This document shows, in pieces, positions 21,403 through 31,515 of a stretch of 64,000 nucleotides of DNA (position 1 is the first letter of the stretch; each line of letters starts with the position of its first letter). The DNA comes from an uncultured delta proteobacterium (lineage in GTDB: Bacteria; Myxococcota; B64-G9). The notes under the pieces were generated by a model. It saw only the letters and a program-made list of their open reading frames with translations. It was not told the DNA's origin and searched no databases. The stretch lies in the NCBI GenBank assembly GCA_963754925.1, contig CAVWHX010000001.1, positions 1 through 64,000 of the forward strand, given 5' to 3'. The position numbers and the translations under genes were made by a program.

Positions 21403-22758
21403 TTACTCTTGCTCCTGTTCAACCCCTTGAGATGAAATATTATATTTTCGCATTAGTTGCCAGAAATTCTTTCGGTCCATTCCGGCGGTCTTGGCCGCAT
21501 GGGTGATATTCCCCTCGTGAAGAGAAAGCAGTTTCGTGACATAATTTTGCTCAAACTGGGCGACAACCTTAGACTTTTCTTGTTTGAAGGTGTCCAACTC
21601 ACTCGGTAAATCAATATCTTCGGGTTGGATAACATCCAGGGTCGCGACCACTACAGTCTGCTGAATCTTATTTTCAAGCTCGCGGATGTTTCCGGGCCAT
21701 TCATAGCCGACGAGCCGCTGCAACGCCAATGGAGAGATCTCTTTGACATCCTTATTGAACTCTTTCGAGAACTTACGAAGAAAGTGATTAGCCAGTAAAG
21801 GAATATCTTCCTTTCTTTCGCGCAAAGGAGGAATCACAATCGGAACGATATTGAGACGATAATAGAGATCATCTCGAAACTTGCCTTCGTTGACAGCGCC
21901 AAGCAGATTGCGGTTAGTGGCTGATATGATGCGAACATCGGTGCGTATAATTTTCGTGCTTCCGAGGGGTTTAATCTCTTTTTCTTGGAGGAAACGAAGT
22001 AATTTCACTTGAACACGAAGGCTAATCTCCCCAACTTCGTCAAGAAAAAGAGTTCCCGAATTGGCCTCTTCGACCAGGCCCGGCGTATCGGTATGGGCGT
22101 CGGTAAAGGCTCCGCGTTTGTAGCCAAAAAGTTCACTTTCAAGAAGATTCTCGGGAAGCGCCCCGCAATTCACCGGAATAAAGGGTTTGCCGGAGCGACG
22201 CGAGAAATAATGAATAGTTCTCGCGATCATCTCTTTTCCGGTGCCGCTTTCGCCATAGATGACCACTGAGGCATCGGTTTGAGCGATTGCTGGTAATTTC
22301 TCCATTACCTTGCGAATGGCAAGGGCGTTCCCAACCAAGTACTCTCGGTCGGTAAACATCTTTAGCGAGGTCTTTAGGCGAAAGATTTCACGCGACATTC
22401 GCAATTTCTCAACCGCCCGCTGCACACGGTGACAGAACACTTCACGGGTTAGGGGTTTGGTGATGTAGTCGTGCGCTCCTGCCTGAAGAAAATGTACCGC
22501 ATCCTCGATAGTTCCATAGGAGGTCATGATAATTACTGGAATCTCTGGATTTGCTTTGTGAACATAGTCCAGTACGGCTTCTCCTCCCAGTTCGGGCATA
22601 CGAATGTCGGTGATAATGATGTTAATGCCACCTTTTTCAAATGAATCGATCGCCTCTTTACCATTGGACGCGAACACCAGTTCATAATCTTCATCTTTAC
22701 AAAATACCTCGATGAGGTACCGGGTGTTGGGATCATCTTCAACAACAAGGATTTTCAC
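21403..22758 (-). CDS. Sigma54-dependent (NtrC-family) response regulator
   Basis: Receiver domain; GESGTGKE, ESELFG..RGAFTDA, LFLDE, FRDDLYYRL, WPGNIRELEN; C-terminal Fis-type HTH. Confidence 0.95.
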   Translation of the reverse strand: MKILVVEDDPNTRYLIEVFCKDEDYELVFASNGKEAIDSFEKGGINIIITDIRMPELGGEAVLDYVHKANPEIPVIIMTSYGTIEDAVHFLQAGAHDYITKPLTREVFCHRVQRAVEKLRMSREIFRLKTSLKMFTDREYLVGNALAIRKVMEKLPAIAQTDASVVIYGESGTGKEMIARTIHYFSRRSGKPFIPVNCGALPENLLESELFGYKRGAFTDAHTDTPGLVEEANSGTLFLDEVGEISLRVQVKLLRFLQEKEIKPLGSTKIIRTDVRIISATNRNLLGAVNEGKFRDDLYYRLNIVPIVIPPLRERKEDIPLLANHFLRKFSKEFNKDVKEISPLALQRLVGYEWPGNIRELENKIQQTVVVATLDVIQPEDIDLPSELDTFKQEKSKVVAQFEQNYVTKLLSLHEGNITHAAKTAGMDRKNFWQLMRKYNISSQGVEQEQE

Positions 22759-22948
22759 AGCGTGCTCCTGGGCTTTTTTGCCACGATCTTACTGCTTGTA
22801 TAGAAAAGGATTTTTGTAAAACCCTCTAAAATGTATGGTAATAATACCCCAGTTTGACGGTATAAAGCAAGAAAAAAGAGTTAACATCAATGTAGTTAAT
22901 AAGTCGGAACTATTTGACTATTCTTTTTTACTAATATAGATCTTTTTC

Positions 22949-22964
22949 TGGCATATGGAATGCT
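22949..22964 (+). promoter_or_regulatory. Sigma54 -24/-12 promoter
   Basis: TGGCATATGGAATGCT = GG-N10-GC, preceded by an AT-rich tract; predicted +1 near 22975. Confidence 0.72.
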
Positions 22965-22974
22965 AGTAGCATCT

Positions 22975-23204
22975 AATTGAGGAAACGAACTCAGTGCAGC
23001 CGGTTCCCCCCACCGGTAATCTAGTTCGTTTCCTCAATTTGAAAATAGAATTTAGAATAGAGGAGGCAATCGCTGCGGATCAACTAGGTTTTCCCCCCTG
23101 CCTGAAGGTTCGCACGAGAACTCCTCAATTTTGGGAGATGCATCTCAGAGGCACAGTGGGTTCCCCCCCCCGCCCACACCTTAGTGTGCGTCTCCCTTTT
23201 TTTT
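22975..23204 (+). ncRNA. Candidate sRNA with three stem-loops capped by C-rich loops (Pxr-like architecture)
   Basis: SL1 has a perfect 17-bp base (22975-22991/23023-23039) and loop TCCCCCC; SL2 (23060-23126) loop TTTTCCCCCCTG; SL3 (23133-23196) loop TCCCCCCCCC followed by T8. Confidence 0.65.
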
Positions 23205-23250
23205 CCGCCGATGAGTTTCTAATAACACTCATTGGCGGTTTTTTTGTTTT
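23205..23250 (+). terminator. Rho-independent terminator on the + strand
   Basis: CCGCCGATGAGT/ACTCATTGGCGG stem followed by TTTTTTTGTTTT. Confidence 0.7.
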
Positions 23251-23257
23251 CCGATAG

Positions 23258-25726
23258 TCATTGAACAGTAAACATGAAGGGTAAGATTGCCAGCACCGGT
23301 TCAGCGCTGAGAGATGAGAGCAGTTCAATTTGATTCGCGATGTTGGAAACTGCTTTTGGTAGTGCACCTTCTTCGTCTATCCATAAACCGAAATCCTTCA
23401 GGATGCCTTTCAACGATAGATGCTTTTTTGGGAAGTGGACTATTTCAATCTGGTCGTCGGGGGAGAGACCAATCCGTTGCTTGGCTATTTCGATGGCCTT
23501 GGAAAGCCCGCCAAGTTCATCGACTAAGCCAATCTCTTTTGCCTGCCGGCCGGTCCATACTCTTCCTTGACCGATCGTATCGACTTGCTCGGGAGTAAGT
23601 TTGCGACCCTCGGCCACCTTCTGGACAAATATCTCGTAGAAGTTGTCGGCCATTTTCTGAAGCAACGCAAGCTCCTCGGCGGTTCTCGCCCGGAACGTCG
23701 TATCAAGATCCGCCAATTTTCCCCGCTTCACTATCGTCTTGCTAATTCCGATTTTGGCATACAATTCGCTGAGATTGAACATCAATGAAAATACTCCAAT
23801 CGATCCGGTCAAGGTGGCCGCATCCGCCACGATAACATCGGCCGGGGCGCTGAGATAGTAGGCACCTGAGGCCGCGAGCGAACCCATCGATACAATCACG
23901 GGCTTACTTTTTTTAAGTGTTTTTATTTCGTGCCAGATGAGATCAGAGGCTGCGCCACTGCCGCCGGGGGAATCGAGCCGCACAACCACCGCACCAATTG
24001 AACGGTCTTCGCGGAGGGTCTTGAGTTGCTCGATGAATGCGCGGGCGTCGATCCCGCCTATGATATCGAAGTCATAGATGATGGTGCCCGTCCCATGCAG
24101 AACTGCGATAGTCGGCCGCCGCGACCAGCTGGGATCGTATGACCGATTTGATAGATAGCCGGTATCCCAGGTTGCGGTATGGCCCAAACGGTTGCTGATA
24201 ATGGGGTCGATGTCATCACCATGATACGCGCCGTCGACCAGGCCGACAGTTTGCGCCTGGTCGGTCGTGAGAAGACCCGCGTCGACTATTTCCTGCACTC
24301 GCGCCACGGTAAGGTTGCGCCCCTCTGCCACCATATGGAAAATCTGATCGGCGTACTCGTCCGCCAGGCTGTTGAGCATCTCGCGGTTAGGTTCGGAAGG
24401 CTCCTTGTTGGTAACCATCTCAACCGCTGACTTATACTTGCCTACCCGCTGGAATTCGGCTTTGACGCCAAGAAGATCAAGGGTGCCTTTGAAAAACAGC
24501 GCTTCGAGCTTCGGACCGACAAATTGAACGGTGCCGGAGGGTTCAAGGAAGATGGCGTCGCCCGAGGTCGCCAGGGCGTAGGTGAGATTACCGGCCTCTT
24601 GAAGGTGGAAGAAGACCTTTTTGCCCGCCGCTCGGAAGTACGCCACGGCCTCGCGCAGCTCCTGCACCGCGGTGAGGGTAAGCTGCGGATCCTCGACTCT
24701 GATATACATCGAATCGATGCGTTGATCCGTGGCAGCGCGTCGTATGACTTGCTCGATGTCCCAGAAGGTGACGGCCGGTTTAAAAGGCTCCATACTGGAG
24801 CAGAATCGGGATTCGCGTCGCGGTTCAACACCAAAACCGCCGTTTTTGATCGCGACACGGCCAATCCTTTGTGATCCTCGCCGGAAAAACGCGCTGAGAT
24901 AACCAAACTATCAGGCTTCGAGCCGTTTTGGGCGGGAAAGCGCACGGAGCCGCCCAACCCGAATCGTAGGAATTCGATTGACAAACCAGTTTGAAAAGTC
25001 CCTTTGATGTCGGCGCTGGCAACCAGGTGCAGCCAGTCCAACACCTCAACCTGTGCGGTGAAAAATATTGTTGGATCTTTGACGTCCTGGATCCACTGCA
25101 CATCCGTGGCCAGGGTGAGGCGTTCAGGGGAAAACCATAATGGTCTCACCGCCAGTCCCAGATCAAGCGTTCTGCGCGTGCGGACGCTCGAGTAGATTCT
25201 GGCCTGTCCAAGATTGCGTCCGACGAGGCCAATGCTCAGGTAGCGCAGGGGATGGAGACTGGCGCCTATCATCCAATCAACGGATGGACGTTCACTGTTT
25301 TGAGTCGGATCGATGATTTCTAGGCCAACCGCCGTTGAAAAGATTTTCCGCAGGTGAAATAAGGGCACCGCGAGATTGTACTTGAGGTAATCGCGACTGG
25401 ATTCGTCTGATCGTGGCCGAACATATTGAATACCGAATCCCAAACCTTTGTAGTTAAAGACGGCCCTCCGCCTGACCTTTGAAAATCGAATCACCGGGTA
25501 GCCTAACCTGAAGTGATTGCTCGTGGAGAAAGAGCAGATCGTATGAGGTCGCCCACGCTAAATTTGCCGGGTTTATCAAAAGCGCCGAAGGATCCTCGAT
25601 CGAGGCTGTTGATGCCGCGGGCAGCTGCATATCGTACGGAGAGGTATAGCCGGAATTTTCTTGGGCCAAAGACTGAGATTCGAGCACGACGCCGATTACA
25701 ACCGCCACCCAGACAGAACGTTGCAT
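23258..25726 (-). CDS. sppA: Long-form signal peptide peptidase SppA with ~300-aa N-terminal extension; frameshifts near 25470 and 24790
   Basis: RVGKYKSAVE, LDSPGGSG, SMGSLAASGAYY, TGSIGV, GQGRVWTGRQA. ORFs 25454..25744 and 24442..25494 overlap in series and supply the signal peptide and extension. Confidence 0.85.
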
Positions 25727-26059
25727 AGTCTTCCCCTGATCCATTGTTAACTAAACTAAAAAGCTTCTACCGATCCTCTTACAATGGTTTGTGCCGTGAT
25801 ACCATAACAAAATATGGTTGCTAGGTGGCGAGGAACCGCCGAAGAATTTTAAAAATTCTTCCGCCGTAATTCGAAGCCTTGACAGGAAACAAATCAGCGT
25901 TAAATAATCGCAGGCATAGGGAAAAAGTTTAACCACCACCCGGGCATTGGAGAACGCGAGCGGTTAACCAAAACCTGGTATGCGCAGGCCGGATATATTT
26001 GGCGCGCGGGTAAGATGCTTTTAGGCCCGGCGGGCGATATCGTTTAAGGAAAATCAGCG

Positions 26060-27716
26060 ATGGAGACGGCACCCGAAACTACGGTAGCGCGGCTGATTGT
26101 TCGTTGCTTGGAGAACGAGGACGTCGAGTATATCTTCGGCATACCCGGCGAGGAAAACATCCACATCATCGACGCCCTGCTCGATTCCCGTATCCGTTTC
26201 ATCCTGGTCCGCCACGAACAGGCGGCGTCGTTCATGGCGGACACCTACGGCCGGCTGACTGGTAAGGCCGGCGTTTGCCTTGCGACCTTGGGCCCTGGTG
26301 CCATCAACCTCGCGCTTGGTACGGCCAACGCCCAACTCGACAGCCATCCGCTGGTGGCGCTGACGGCCCAGGCCGGTCTTGACCGTCTGTACAAGGAATC
26401 ACATCAAGTGGTCGACCTCGTCGGCATGTTTCGGCCGATCACGAAGTGGGCCGCGACGATGGTGCGGCCAGATAACGCGCCGGAAATGGTCCGCAAGGCG
26501 TTTCAAGCAAGCCCAGTCCGAGCGGCCCGGGGCAGTTTTGTTGGCCATACCGGAGGACGTGGCCCCGCTTCCGGTTTCGGCGGAGCCCCTCCCGGTCCGC
26601 CAGCCGAGGGACTCTTCGCCTGCTTTCGGACAGGTTGCCCGTGCCGTGCAGCTCTTCAACAGCGCACGGACGCCGGTGGTTCTCGTCGGAGCCGGGGCCT
26701 ACCGCGACCGCTGCTCCGAAGCCCTCGTACGCTTCGCTGAACGACTGAACGTCCCCGTAGCGACTACGTTCCTCGGCAAAGGGGTATTCCCCGACGGTCA
26801 CCCCCAAGCCCTGGGAACGCTCGGGTTCATGGTGCACGATTATACGAACTTCGGCTTCGACCAGGCGGATCTGGTGATTACGGTGGGTTACGATCTGGTC
26901 GAATACCCGCCGGCGCGCTGGTGTCCGAATAAGGACAAAAAAATCTTGCACATTCATCGAACGGTCGCCGAAGTGGACGCCAACTACCCGGTAAGTGTCG
27001 GGATCGAGAGTAACATCTGCGAGACCCTGTACGCGATCGCCGACCGGGCCGAACCGAAGCGCTTGGTGCCGACCGTCGCCATGCGGGCGCGCGATCTCCT
27101 GCATGAGGAGCTTGAGCGGGGCGAGCGCGACACGTCCTTTCCGGTTAAGCCCCAGCGACTCGTCGCGGACACTCGGGCGGCGTTGGGGGCGTCGGATATC
27201 GTACTCTGCGATACGGGCGCCGTGAAAATGTGGATGGCCCGGCTCTACCCCTGTTACGAGCCGGAAACCTGCCTGATTTCGAATGGCCTCGCGACGATGG
27301 GCTTCGCCCTGCCGGGAGCAATCGCGGCCAAGCTGATCCACCCGGAGCGTCGGGTGCTGGCGGCAGTCGGCGACGGCGCTTTCCTCATGAGCTCACAGGA
27401 ACTGGAAACAGCGGTGCGTGAGCAGGTCCCCATCGTCGTTCTGGTCTGGGTCGATGATTGCTACGGCCTGATCAAGTGGAAACAAGAACTCGAAGTAGGG
27501 CGATCGGCGTACGTCTCCTTCGGAAACCCCGATTTTGTTAAGTACGCCGAGAGCTTCGGCGCCAAAGGTTACGCGATCAAAGCCACCGAGGAACTGCTGC
27601 CTACCCTTCAAAGAGCCTTTGCCGATAACACGGTCTCGGTGATCGCGTGTCCGGTCGACTACTCCGAGAACATGCGATTAACCGACAAGCTCGGCCACTT
27701 GGTGCAGCCCATCTAA
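26060..27716 (+). CDS. Acetolactate synthase large subunit-like TPP enzyme (frameshift near 26510)
   Basis: IFGIPGEEN, RHEQAASFMA, TLGPGAINL; second frame ERPGAV..IPED, SNGLATMGFALPGA, GDGAF. Confidence 0.88.
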
Positions 27717-27831
27717 GGCGCAACAGGCATCTTTTGAAAAAATGACCCATTACCCTTAATCGTCTGGACTTGAATTGCCTCGCGGGTGTAGGAATATCCT
27801 AACCAAAACGCCCTATTCAAGGAGGTTGGCC

Positions 27832-28110
27832 ATGGCTACATTTCTTATGTTCGGGAAGTACACGCCGGATGCATTAAAAAAAATTAGCGCCGAGCGGACG
27901 AAGGAAGCTCAAGAGGTCATTAAGAAGAATAAAGGCAAAGTCATCTCCATGTATGCGCTGCTTGGTGAGACCGACCTGGTCTTCATCGTTGACCTGCCAT
28001 CAACCGAAGCTGCCATCACTACCTCGATCGCGTTAAACAAAATGACGGGCATCTCGTTCACCACCCATCAGGCGGTCAGTGTTGAGGAGTTCGACAAAAT
28101 CATCCATTGA
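27832..28110 (+). CDS. GYD domain protein
   Basis: MATFLMFGKYT...MYALLGETDLVFIVDLP...VSVEEFDKI; AAGGAGG RBS. Confidence 0.8.
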   Translation: MATFLMFGKYTPDALKKISAERTKEAQEVIKKNKGKVISMYALLGETDLVFIVDLPSTEAAITTSIALNKMTGISFTTHQAVSVEEFDKIIH

Positions 28111-28223
28111 GGCTACGCGGATTTGTTGCTATCTCCTTGACCGGGTTGCGCCTCCGTGTGAAGGTGCAGGGGTGGTAGTCTATTTTCCTTCCCCTGATGC
28201 CTGTTTTGAGAGAGGTAACATCC

Positions 28224-29075
28224 ATGAAGGATCTCAAGGACAAAGTAGCCGCCATCACCGGCGCCGCATCCGGCATAGGCAGGGCGCTCGCGCTGAACGT
28301 GGCGGCCTTAGGCTGCCACGTGGCGATATCCGACGTCAACGCGGCAGGTCTTAAGGAGACTGCTGACCAAGTAAGAAGTTTAGGGGTACGAGTCACTACC
28401 CACACGGTTGACGTTGCAAAACGCGAGCAGGTCAAGCGCTATGCCGATGAGGTGGTGAAGGCCCACGGCGCCGTTCATCTCCTGATCAACAATGCGGGGG
28501 TTAATATTGTGGAGACACTGGAGGACGTGACGTATGAAGATTTTGAGTGGCTCATGGGCATCAATCTATGGGGCGTGATCTACGGGTGCAAGGAGTTCCT
28601 CCCGTACCTGAGGCAGCAAAGCTCTGCCCACATCGTCAATATCAGTAGCTTGAATGGCATTGTCACCAATCCGAATAACGGACCGTACTGCACGGCGAAG
28701 TTCGCGGTCCGGGGTTTTACCGAGACACTGGCCCAGGAGCTTGCCGATACCACCATCAAGGTCTCCTGCGTCCACCCCGGCGGGGTCAAGACAAACGTCG
28801 CCAACAATGCTCGGTTCTACAAAGCCTCGGACCCCTCTCTGGGGAAGGAGGAGGCCCTTGCAATTTTCAACCGTGTTATGGCAAAAACTTCGGCGGACAA
28901 GGCGGCACAGATTATCATCGCCGGGATTAACAAGGACAAGCTTCGCATCATGGTCGGAACCGATGCCTACCTGCTGGATTGGCTCAAGCGCTTATTCCCG
29001 GTAGGGCTCCAAAAAATCGCTGGCCGCAAGGTAGTCCCTGCGTGGATGAAGAAAAAAGCGGGGCTGAGGTCTTAA
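28224..29075 (+). CDS. Short-chain dehydrogenase/reductase
   Basis: TGAASGIG, NNAG, NISS, YCTAK. Confidence 0.95.
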   Translation: MKDLKDKVAAITGAASGIGRALALNVAALGCHVAISDVNAAGLKETADQVRSLGVRVTTHTVDVAKREQVKRYADEVVKAHGAVHLLINNAGVNIVETLEDVTYEDFEWLMGINLWGVIYGCKEFLPYLRQQSSAHIVNISSLNGIVTNPNNGPYCTAKFAVRGFTETLAQELADTTIKVSCVHPGGVKTNVANNARFYKASDPSLGKEEALAIFNRVMAKTSADKAAQIIIAGINKDKLRIMVGTDAYLLDWLKRLFPVGLQKIAGRKVVPAWMKKKAGLRS

Positions 29076-29174
29076 CCAGTCCACCTGGTTTTCTGCTATC
29101 AAGTTCCTTTGATAATTTCGTTTCCCACACTGATGCGATCATCCATACCGTTTCCACCGTGAAGCAGTGCCTCC

Positions 29175-29334
29175 AGTAGTGTCTCAGTTTGAGGCTTATG
29201 GGTATTCGTCGAACGACACGCGACCGAAACATCTTAACCGCTTAACAGTTCAGTATTTAAAGCGTAAATGGGACCTGGGTGTAGACGGTCGCCTGCCGAA
29301 CACCCATAAGCCTCTGGCAAACTGAGACACTAAC
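29175..29334. mobile_element. 160-bp MITE with IS1/IS1595-like ends
   Basis: Perfect 15-bp inverted repeat TAGTGTCTCAGTTTG (29177-29191/29318-29332), extending imperfectly to about 40 bp; flanked by GTGCCTCC/GTCCCTCC (8-bp duplication, one mismatch). Confidence 0.8.
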
Positions 29335-29407
29335 GTCCCTCCGTCTTTCTTGACAACAACTCGCTGCGAATGAGACATATTTTGCACCACGGCAGGAGTG
29401 TCGAGCG

Positions 29408-30718
29408 ATGATGAATTGGATATGGATGGGCTTTGTGGTGTTTTCGATCCTGTGCGCAGGATTTAACGATCGTATGCCAGATCTGTTTAAGAGCACCTTC
29501 ACGTCTGCCGAAGACGCTGTAACGTTGGCCTTGAAACTCCTGGGCGTGATGGCTCTGTGGCTGGGGATCATGCGCGTTGCCCAAGACGGGGGTCTTCTCA
29601 AGATCATCGCTCGGGGGTTGCAGCGGCCCATGCGTTGGCTCTTCCCGGATGTTCCCAGCGATCACCCGGCAATGAGTTCGATGATCATGACCTTTGCCGC
29701 CAACATTCTCGGTCTCGGCAATGCAGCAACTCCCGTCGGCATCAAGGCCATGGCCGAGCTCGACCAGCTCAATCCACGTAAAGGTATGGCCACCAATGCC
29801 ATGTGTTTATTTTTAGCCATCAACACCGCGGGACTATCGATTCTTCCCACCGGGACTATCAACATGCGGGCCATGAGCGGCTCGACGGATCCCGCCTGTA
29901 TTTGGCTGCCGACGCTGCTCGCGAGCGTTTGTTCTGTCACCGTTGCCATAATTTCAGCCAAGCTCTTGATGCGGCTTGGACGCTACCAGCTGCCGGCGCA
30001 GGCATCCCCCACGCCGACGAAGGCCGAATCCGAGGCGAACGCACCGAAGCGTGAAGAGCTCCCTGCCGCCGACAGCGGCCAACGGGCTTCCTGGGTGACG
30101 GTGCTCATCGTGTGGTTCTGTGCGGCAGGATTTGTGGCGGCGGCCGGATGGTACTTCTATAGAAAGGTTGGAACGGTCGACGGCTTCGGTCTCACCAAGG
30201 AATTTTTTTCCTATTGGGCCCTGCCGGCCCTGATGGGCGGGCTTTTGTTGTTTGGCTTGGCGCGAAAAGTCCGAGTGTATGAGTCCCTGGTTGAGGGAGC
30301 CAAGGAAGGATTTCAGGTGACGCTGCGCATCATTCCCTACCTGGTAGCCTTATTTGTCGCGGTGGGAATGTTTACCGCCTCCGGCGCCATGGACCTCCTC
30401 AAGCAGAGTGTTGGTCAGGTGACCAACGCGATCGGATTGCCGGTAGAACTGTTGCCCTTGGCGATCATCCGACCGCTCTCCGGATCCGGTTCGTTTTCTT
30501 ACATGACGAGCCTGTTCAACCAATATGGGCCGGACTCTTTTATCGGTCAGATGGCGTCGGTGATGCAGGGCAGTATGGATACCACGCTGTACATTCTCGC
30601 GGTGTACTTCGGATCGGTACAGATACGGAACGTTCGCTATGCCCTGGCTGCCGGCCTGTTGGTTGACCTCGGTGGAATAATAGCCGCAGTGGTGCTGAGC
30701 CACCTGTTTTTTCAATAA
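29408..30718 (+). CDS. Fused SpmA/SpmB (nucleoside-recognition gate) membrane protein
   Basis: MALWLGIMRVA, ANILGLGNAATP.GIKAM, FLAINT, EGAKEGF, RPLSGSG, YFGSV.I. Confidence 0.9.
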   Translation: MMNWIWMGFVVFSILCAGFNDRMPDLFKSTFTSAEDAVTLALKLLGVMALWLGIMRVAQDGGLLKIIARGLQRPMRWLFPDVPSDHPAMSSMIMTFAANILGLGNAATPVGIKAMAELDQLNPRKGMATNAMCLFLAINTAGLSILPTGTINMRAMSGSTDPACIWLPTLLASVCSVTVAIISAKLLMRLGRYQLPAQASPTPTKAESEANAPKREELPAADSGQRASWVTVLIVWFCAAGFVAAAGWYFYRKVGTVDGFGLTKEFFSYWALPALMGGLLLFGLARKVRVYESLVEGAKEGFQVTLRIIPYLVALFVAVGMFTASGAMDLLKQSVGQVTNAIGLPVELLPLAIIRPLSGSGSFSYMTSLFNQYGPDSFIGQMASVMQGSMDTTLYILAVYFGSVQIRNVRYALAAGLLVDLGGIIAAVVLSHLFFQ

Positions 30719-30737
30719 TCAGTGATAGTATCGATAC

Positions 30738-31505
30738 ATGACCAACGGTACATTCCGACCCGCCGATACCTTCTCTCGCTTCGGGGCAACTTTTAGGCTC
30801 ACCATCGCCGTGCGTTGGCTGCTTATCATCAATGTGGCGATATACCTTGGCGAGCTGATTGTGGCCCGGATCGACGGCGGGCTCGATCTCATAACCTTCG
30901 ATCTAGCCATCTCGTACGACCGAGTTTTTTCAGGTGAAATTTGGCAACTGTTGACGTACATGTTTTTGCACGATCCGCGCGGAATCTCCCACATCCTTTG
31001 GAACATGCTGATGCTGTGGATGTTCGGTTCGCCGCTTGAGCACTTTTGGGGAGCGCGGCGTTTTTTGAACTTCTACCTTTTTACCGGTATGGCTGCGGCC
31101 GTAGTCATTCTCTTCGTAGCGTGGGTGGTGCCCTCCCAGCGCGGGATTCCGACCTTGGGCGCGTCCGGGGCACTCTACGCGTTACTCGTCGCATTTGGTT
31201 TTTTGTTCCCGAACAACCTGGTATATCTATTTGGGCTCTTTCCGATAAAAGGCAAACACCTCGTACTGCTTTTTATTGGGATCGGTGTGCTGCAATCGCT
31301 AACGCTTTCAGCCGCCGACATTTCGTTAGCGGCGCACTTTGGCGGGATGCTCGCTGGCGGTCTCTTGGTAACCGGCGCCTGGAAACCTCAAAAAGTCTAT
31401 TACTGGATAAAGACCTGGTGGCTGCGTCGGCGTTATCAAAAGCTTAAAAAACGCATTCAGCTGGTTGAACCCGATTCAAAAAACAAGCCTACCTATATGA
31501 ATTAG
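30738..31505 (+). CDS. Rhomboid intramembrane serine protease
   Basis: WQLLTYMFLH, HILWNM, GASG, AHFGG. Confidence 0.92.
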   Translation: MTNGTFRPADTFSRFGATFRLTIAVRWLLIINVAIYLGELIVARIDGGLDLITFDLAISYDRVFSGEIWQLLTYMFLHDPRGISHILWNMLMLWMFGSPLEHFWGARRFLNFYLFTGMAAAVVILFVAWVVPSQRGIPTLGASGALYALLVAFGFLFPNNLVYLFGLFPIKGKHLVLLFIGIGVLQSLTLSAADISLAAHFGGMLAGGLLVTGAWKPQKVYYWIKTWWLRRRYQKLKKRIQLVEPDSKNKPTYMN

Positions 31506-31515
31506 TCCCGAGAAG

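Noticed and set aside
22994..23367. ORFs 22994..23257 (+) and 23125..23367 (-)
   Set aside because: No recognisable motifs; they run through hairpins, C-runs and T-tracts better explained as RNA structure
29408..30718. SpmAB as evidence of endospore formation
   Set aside because: Fused SpmAB homologs are widespread in non-sporulating bacteria
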